DNA of 64,000 nucleotides from a virus (Duplodnaviria; Heunggongvirae; Uroviricota; Caudoviricetes): IMG/VR virus record IMGVR_UViG_2718218135_000001, positions 32,001 to 96,000 of that record; one strand, 5' to 3'. Shown piece by piece: positions 59,314 to 64,000 of this stretch (position 1 is its first letter; each line of letters starts with the position of its first letter). The notes under the pieces were generated by a model. It saw only the letters and a program-made list of their open reading frames with translations, ran no database searches and was not told where the DNA came from. The position numbers and the translations under genes were made by a program.

Positions 59314-59388
59314 AGCGCTGAACGGTTTGGATTCGCCACCACCGTCCGAACGAAAGACTCCGCAAATGTCGCCAGACCGTTCAGCGCT
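59314..59388. repeat. 13-bp perfect inverted repeat with 49-bp spacer just after the tRNA
   Basis: agcgctgaacggt ... accgttcagcgct. Confidence 0.75.
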
Positions 59389-59462
59389 GTGATAGACACG
59401 GCAGACGTTTTTTAACCATTGCTTCTAAGCATCGTAGCAACACTTTTTTCAGCGCAAAATCC

Positions 59463-59485
59463 AAAGGGGCTTCGGCCCCTTTTTG
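59463..59485 (+). terminator. rho-independent terminator
   Basis: ggggc-ttcg-gcccc followed by TTTTT. Confidence 0.65.
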
Positions 59486-59563
59486 CTATCAAGTCGCATA
59501 TGCAACCAACTTTTTTTAGCTTATAGTTAAGTTCAGTAGTAGAATGCTACGCTTCGTCGAGAA

Positions 59564-60079
59564 ATGACGATTATGGAGTCTATCGTGAAATTTAAAATCC
59601 AGCATTTGCAGGCAGCAGTGGCACTGGTTCTTGCCAGTATCCAGCCGCAACCCAAAGCGGTTGCGTGTCAGCCTACGATTGTAGAACGGGTTTATGAGAT
59701 GGGCGCTAGAGTCAACAAAACCGACATCAGTGATCTTACAGCTGCTCTCAATGAATTGGCTAAAGAACTGCGTTCAAGCCGCGCTGAACTTGCTCGTTAT
59801 GCTGACACTGACTTCTTTGCTGCTATCAAAGTAGCGGAAGAAATTAAGAATCAAACTATTCATGTAGCCGGTATCGCAGAATCTTTTGTTTTGATGTTAC
59901 CTGAAAAAGACGTCATCATGTCTTACGACAAAAACACTGTTGAGTTTGCGTTTTTTAAAGCTATTAAAATGGTCAGTATTGCGACCAAAAACTATCTCAA
60001 TCTGATTGATCAGATTACACACACTTCTGTAGTGCGTGACTCTGGTGTCAACCTTTTAGCCATGAACCATTCTAGCTGA
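59564..60079 (+). CDS. hypothetical protein (171 aa)
   Basis: ORF from track. Confidence 0.45.
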   Translation: MTIMESIVKFKIQHLQAAVALVLASIQPQPKAVACQPTIVERVYEMGARVNKTDISDLTAALNELAKELRSSRAELARYADTDFFAAIKVAEEIKNQTIHVAGIAESFVLMLPEKDVIMSYDKNTVEFAFFKAIKMVSIATKNYLNLIDQITHTSVVRDSGVNLLAMNHSS

Positions 60080-60247
60080 ACTTTAGCGATCGTCATCTTC
60101 TTCATCATTCTTTTTCTTCTAACAAATCATTCTCATCAATCTGGCTCAGATGGCATTCCAAAGTTGGCGTTATTAGGCGCTTTTTACTATTTAGCGTTTA
60201 AGATGGTTTGTCTACATAATTTATTCAGAATTTACGTAAGCTATATA

Positions 60248-60280
60248 AATGATTCCATACTTGTAAGGTATGGAATCATT
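60248..60280. repeat. lox/FRT-like site: 13-bp inverted arms around a 7-bp spacer
   Basis: aatgattccatac-ttgtaag-gtatggaatcatt, ~100 bp upstream of the recombinase gene; arm motif also at 58037 and 59057. Confidence 0.6.
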
Positions 60281-60378
60281 TTCAAAAACAGTCTATTTTA
60301 CTGTTGATCATACAAAACTTAGGCCTAACATACTGTTTATAAATACAGTAAAAACAGGCTTCACTCAGTGAGTGGACT

Positions 60379-61482
60379 ATGAAAAACACTTTTGATAAAG
60401 CACGCGCAGCAGAAAACACCTCTAGAGAAGCCATCGAGTATCTCGAACGCGCTTCCGGTTTGTCAGCAGTGTCGACCACCAATTTCGACGGTGACATGTC
60501 GTTTTCTTCCGCATTCATGTTATTCACTCGCTTATCTTTGCTGATAACGAGACGTCGACCTGAAATAGCTGTTCATTGTATTTTGATACATGTAATGCCG
60601 CATATCTGTGAAGTAAAAGTAAGTGACATTAGTAGGGTTTTAGTCAACCAGCTGGTGAACCCATTAATACTTGAGGGCAAGATCGTCCAGGGCAGACGTG
60701 TGTTCTCGCTGATGAAGCAGTTTCTCAGTTGGTGTGCATTTCAGGGCTTAATTGATACATCCCCATTGAACGATATGTCGCTTAACAGAGTAGCCGGTGG
60801 CGCGAAGCCCACGCCGCGCGAGCGCAAACTGACCGACGCAGAGGTCTGGGTCTTTTGGAATGTATGGGACTACTTCAACGTATGTGAGGGTACAAAGTGG
60901 GCGGCCAGATTATGCCTTGTAGCGGCCAGACGACCAGATGAAGTGCTCCGAGCTAAAAGATCAGAATTCAACCTCGAATATAATTTATGGAATCAAGGAA
61001 CGAGGAATAAATCGGCTCGCCAGCACTCGTTACCATTAAGCCCGCTAATGCGCAAATGTGTTGAGGAGCTGATCAAATACGGAAAAGGCAGCCAGTGGCT
61101 TGTTCCTTCAAACAAGAAACAGGGTGAGGATGTGCCAATGTCTAAGGTGGCCATATCACAGGCGTTGAGAAGGATTTTAGAACGTCCAGAGTTGATGGAG
61201 CTTGAGCCATTTACTCCCCGAGATTTGCGTCGTACTGCGCGTAGTTACTTCCCCGCGTTAGGCATAAGTCAGGAGGTATCCCGCAAAATTATGAACCACA
61301 GTCTTGAGGGGATAGATCGAGTATACGATCGACACGATTATATAGACGAGATGCGAGACGCCTTAAACAGTTTTTCGGCGTACATCGCATCAATCGTAGA
61401 GAAACAGGATTTAGAGGAGATAGATCATAAGTTCAAGGGAGATCGACTCGCTACTGAGCTAATCCGTGTAAATTTCTCATAG
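60379..61482 (+). CDS. tyrosine site-specific recombinase
   Basis: catalytic region with conserved Arg, PRDLRRT box and C-terminal YDRHDY tyrosine; true start may be internal. Confidence 0.8.
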   Translation: MKNTFDKARAAENTSREAIEYLERASGLSAVSTTNFDGDMSFSSAFMLFTRLSLLITRRRPEIAVHCILIHVMPHICEVKVSDISRVLVNQLVNPLILEGKIVQGRRVFSLMKQFLSWCAFQGLIDTSPLNDMSLNRVAGGAKPTPRERKLTDAEVWVFWNVWDYFNVCEGTKWAARLCLVAARRPDEVLRAKRSEFNLEYNLWNQGTRNKSARQHSLPLSPLMRKCVEELIKYGKGSQWLVPSNKKQGEDVPMSKVAISQALRRILERPELMELEPFTPRDLRRTARSYFPALGISQEVSRKIMNHSLEGIDRVYDRHDYIDEMRDALNSFSAYIASIVEKQDLEEIDHKFKGDRLATELIRVNFS

Positions 61483-61866
61483 CGACTTGATTGCCTCAAC
61501 AACCCGCTCCGACGCACCACGTTGGTCACCGAAACGTCGACGGAAGGCTTCCAGAACTAGTTTTTCATCTTTAGTCAGAGGGGCTGTGCCTTCGTCGCGA
61601 AAAAACTCTAACAGCTCTGGATGACGCTCTTCCAGCACCATTAGCATCAATCGGACCGAATCGGCATCCAATGCTTTAGCCAACGCTCTGACCTTGTCGA
61701 TCGGAAGCGGGATTTTGCCGCTCTTGATAAGTGAAAGATTGTTAGGATTTTTATAGCCTGCTTCTTTCGCGATGGTCGCCTGGCTTTTCGGAGAAATCGC
61801 GATTAAAGCGTCAATGTAAGCAGCGTAGCGACCTACTTTAGCTTCTGTTATTTCGTTGGTAGCCAT
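61477..61866 (-). CDS. HTH (XRE-like) transcriptional regulator
   Basis: 129 aa; convergent with recombinase and overlapping its 3' end by 6 nt. Confidence 0.55.
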   Translation of the reverse strand: MATNEITEAKVGRYAAYIDALIAISPKSQATIAKEAGYKNPNNLSLIKSGKIPLPIDKVRALAKALDADSVRLMLMVLEERHPELLEFFRDEGTAPLTKDEKLVLEAFRRRFGDQRGASERVVEAIKSL

Positions 61867-61897
61867 AATTATCAACCTGCGTGTTTTGATTTTATAT

Positions 61898-61911
61898 GGT
61901 AAGTGCTTACT
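61898..61911. promoter_or_regulatory. TAAGTA-type palindromic box
   Basis: ggtaagtgcttact in the promoter region of the HTH regulator. Confidence 0.4.
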
Positions 61912-62122
61912 GATATTACATCAAAGGTTAGTGTTGTAAAGACTTATCTATTTTTTTTCGTAGAGTTATTGACCGCAAAAGGCTTCATTAATAGACAACT
62001 ATCTAAAAAACAACTCATTTAAGAACTTAAAACTAAGTTGTATTTGATATATAAGTATTCCGTATTGATACAATAGGTAGTAGTATTGCAAGGCATTTAC
62101 GTGTTCAGTTGGATGATATGAA

Positions 62123-62335
62123 ATGAAAAAAATAACTTCTAATTTGATCGCCCTTGAGGTCGGACATACGGTTTCAATTGACGATGATGGGGCAGCAGCC
62201 ATACTCACTGAACTGCCAACAAAGTCTTTGTTACTTGACATGAAAGACGCAACCGCATACATCTTTGAGCTAAAGGGCAAGTGCTTCACTCTCATCAATA
62301 CCGGCTGCGGTTCAGTAGCCGTCCGCACTATTTAA
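62123..62335 (+). CDS. hypothetical small protein (70 aa)
   Basis: ORF in AT-rich region; followed by 12-bp-stem hairpin at 62361-62393. Confidence 0.35.
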   Translation: MKKITSNLIALEVGHTVSIDDDGAAAILTELPTKSLLLDMKDATAYIFELKGKCFTLINTGCGSVAVRTI

Positions 62336-62413
62336 CACACCCCTCCCATCCTCTCTAGCGCCTGTACGAACAGATTAGATGCCTGTTCGTACAGTGATAA
62401 ATTACGCACATCA

Positions 62414-62430
62414 GAAAACAAATTGTTTTA
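62414..62430. promoter_or_regulatory. AAACAA-N2-TTGTTT operator-like palindrome
   Basis: gaaaacaaattgtttta, 18 bp upstream of ATG 62448. Confidence 0.5.
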
Positions 62431-62447
62431 ACAACAAGGAAATTCTA

Positions 62448-64000
62448 ATGTCCAAAAAAACCACCAAAGCTGTACTGAAAGAGGTGCAGGATTTTCGCGA
62501 CTGTGTAAAACGAGTTGTAGCGATGCTTTCAGGTAAACAGATACCTGTTGCAGAACGAGGCAATGAAGCATATGTCCGCTATAACCGGCGCGGCGAACCA
62601 GTGCTGGTAAACATCCCATCTATACCGGACGACGCGTCGCCAACCCTCATGAACGCAGTGCGTGGTTTTCTCGACCATGAGGTGGCCCATATTCTCTTTA
62701 CTGAACCGAAAGTCGCAATGCAGATGCGCGAAAGAGGAAAGGCTCCGTCTACGGGGCTTTGGAATGCGCTGGAAGACGTTTTTATTGAACGCAGAATGGG
62801 GCAGGTCTTTAACGGAACCCGGCGTAATTTACTTGCAACACAGAGTCTGGTTATCGACAAATACTTCAGGAATAAAGTACCAGAAGCGGTTTTAGCCTGT
62901 CACGGAGACCAGCGTGAATTGTTTTTGAAATTCTTCCTTTGCCCGGTCGTCCGCGCCTGGGATGGACAAAGCCCCTTCATCGATTTTATGGAAGAACACT
63001 GGCGCCTTATCGAGAGGCCGGTAGCCTTACTAAAGGAGCATGGTATAGACGTGGCCGTTCGCAATATGTCGAACACTGAGGATTGCGTGAAGGTCGCTGC
63101 TGCTATAGCCCAAATCATGCAGGATATGAAAGACAAGCCAGAGGGCAAATTACCAGAACTTAAATCATCTGCCAGAAAGCCGTCGGAGAGCAAAGACGAG
63201 TCCGAGGAAACGCCAGAATCAGGTGACGAGCCGTCTCATGGTGACTCTGCATCTAAGCCTGCCAAAGGCGAAGGCGATGACAAGGAAGAACGAGAAGATG
63301 ATGCATCAGAAGAGGAAGATTCTGGGGATTCCGATTTGCCTGATTCGTTAGATAAGGACTTACCTACACACGTTAAAGATATTAGTGATACAGAAAGTAA
63401 ATATACAGAAGCAGGCCACGAAGAGTCAGGAGACACCCCAGAATCCGATGCTATCGGCATGAAATCAAGTGACTCTGACACTGATGGTGATGACGGTGAG
63501 GACTCCGATACTGATCGTGGGGAAACTGAAGAAGACGTCGAAGGCAAAAAAAATAAAGATGGTGCGGAAGTGCCCAAAGACAGTGAGTCTGGCTTTGTTC
63601 CTGCGCCGGATGAAATGACTCTGGAGGAGGCGCTAAAGGCGCTCGACGAGATGGAAGACGGAATCGGTGAAATGACCGAAGACGCACTGTCGGCCACCAT
63701 CAGCAAAGAGCTTATGAGCGTCTCACCTTCTGATTATCGGCCATACGATCGATCATACGACTTTATCGGGTTGATTGATGGAGCCGAAGAGCATGTGAAG
63801 CGCACCAGAAAGACGTTCGGTGCAATACCAATGCACTCACCAGTCGACCGCTACCGTATGGTGCCAGAAGGCAGAAAACTCTTTGAACTGAAAATCGAAA
63901 AACATCTGTCTGCAGGCGTTTCTTCGACGCTGGCCAAAGACCTGGAGCGGGCCATCGCCAGCCGCAACCGAGTTCAGTTTATACCTGGTCAGAGGCGTGG
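62448..64000 (+). CDS. large protein with acidic D/E/S-rich linker, 3'-truncated by window end
   Basis: hand-translated open frame from ATG 62448 (AAGGA RBS) to window end, over 510 codons; absent from track because no stop is reached. Confidence 0.6.
   Translation, partial: MSKKTTKAVLKEVQDFRDCVKRVVAMLSGKQIPVAERGNEAYVRYNRRGEPVLVNIPSIPDDASPTLMNAVRGFLDHEVAHILFTEPKVAMQMRERGKAPSTGLWNALEDVFIERRMGQVFNGTRRNLLATQSLVIDKYFRNKVPEAVLACHGDQRELFLKFFLCPVVRAWDGQSPFIDFMEEHWRLIERPVALLKEHGIDVAVRNMSNTEDCVKVAAAIAQIMQDMKDKPEGKLPELKSSARKPSESKDESEETPESGDEPSHGDSASKPAKGEGDDKEEREDDASEEEDSGDSDLPDSLDKDLPTHVKDISDTESKYTEAGHEESGDTPESDAIGMKSSDSDTDGDDGEDSDTDRGETEEDVEGKKNKDGAEVPKDSESGFVPAPDEMTLEEALKALDEMEDGIGEMTEDALSATISKELMSVSPSDYRPYDRSYDFIGLIDGAEEHVKRTRKTFGAIPMHSPVDRYRMVPEGRKLFELKIEKHLSAGVSSTLAKDLERAIASRNRVQFIPGQRR

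Noticed and set aside
2545-61911. GTAAGT motifs as intron 5' splice-site or group I/II intron signals
   Set aside because: The motif occurs as short DNA palindromes in intergenic gaps with no intron-like secondary structure or interrupted reading frames; a protein-binding site explains it better.
1-64000. CRISPR array
   Set aside because: No set of regularly spaced identical direct repeats with unique spacers; the repeats present are palindromic operator boxes, iteron-like units and short tandem duplications.

Overview
The window reads as one contiguous temperate siphovirus-type phage genome segment that also carries plasmid-maintenance functions (a likely phage-plasmid); this is inferred from sequence alone, with no database search run. 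Layout: (i) 1-4.4 kb, an A+C-rich non-coding tract, iteron-like repeats and six small single-gene cassettes, each behind a conserved AAACAA-N2-TTGTTT palindrome; (ii) 4.9-8.2 kb, an AT-rich island of unknown genes on the minus strand; (iii) 8.2-13.5 kb, an SF2 helicase plus a translationally coupled operon of two ParB-like proteins, an ABC-type ATPase and a GNAT-like protein; (iv) 13.7-39.2 kb, a complete lambda-like morphogenesis module (TerS, TerL, portal, scaffold, capsid, gpV/G/T-like, tape measure, gpM/L/K/I/J-like, tail fibre, Tfa); (v) lysis cassette with overlapping Rz/Rz1-like spanins; (vi) GNAT-toxin/RHH-antitoxin pair, ParA/ParG-like partition genes, a GIY-YIG protein, DnaB-like helicase and primase, phd-doc; (vii) 48.3-53.2 kb, a four-gene chaperone-usher fimbrial operon bounded by two IS remnants; (viii) DNA ligase, small membrane proteins, a phage-type tRNA-Asn(GTT), and a tyrosine recombinase preceded by a 13-7-13 lox-like inverted repeat. 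A second palindrome family (GGTAAGTACTTACC-like, about 14 copies) marks late-gene boundaries. The most likely novel candidates are the ParB/ATPase/GNAT operon, the AT-rich island gene pair, the two motif regulons and the lox-like site.
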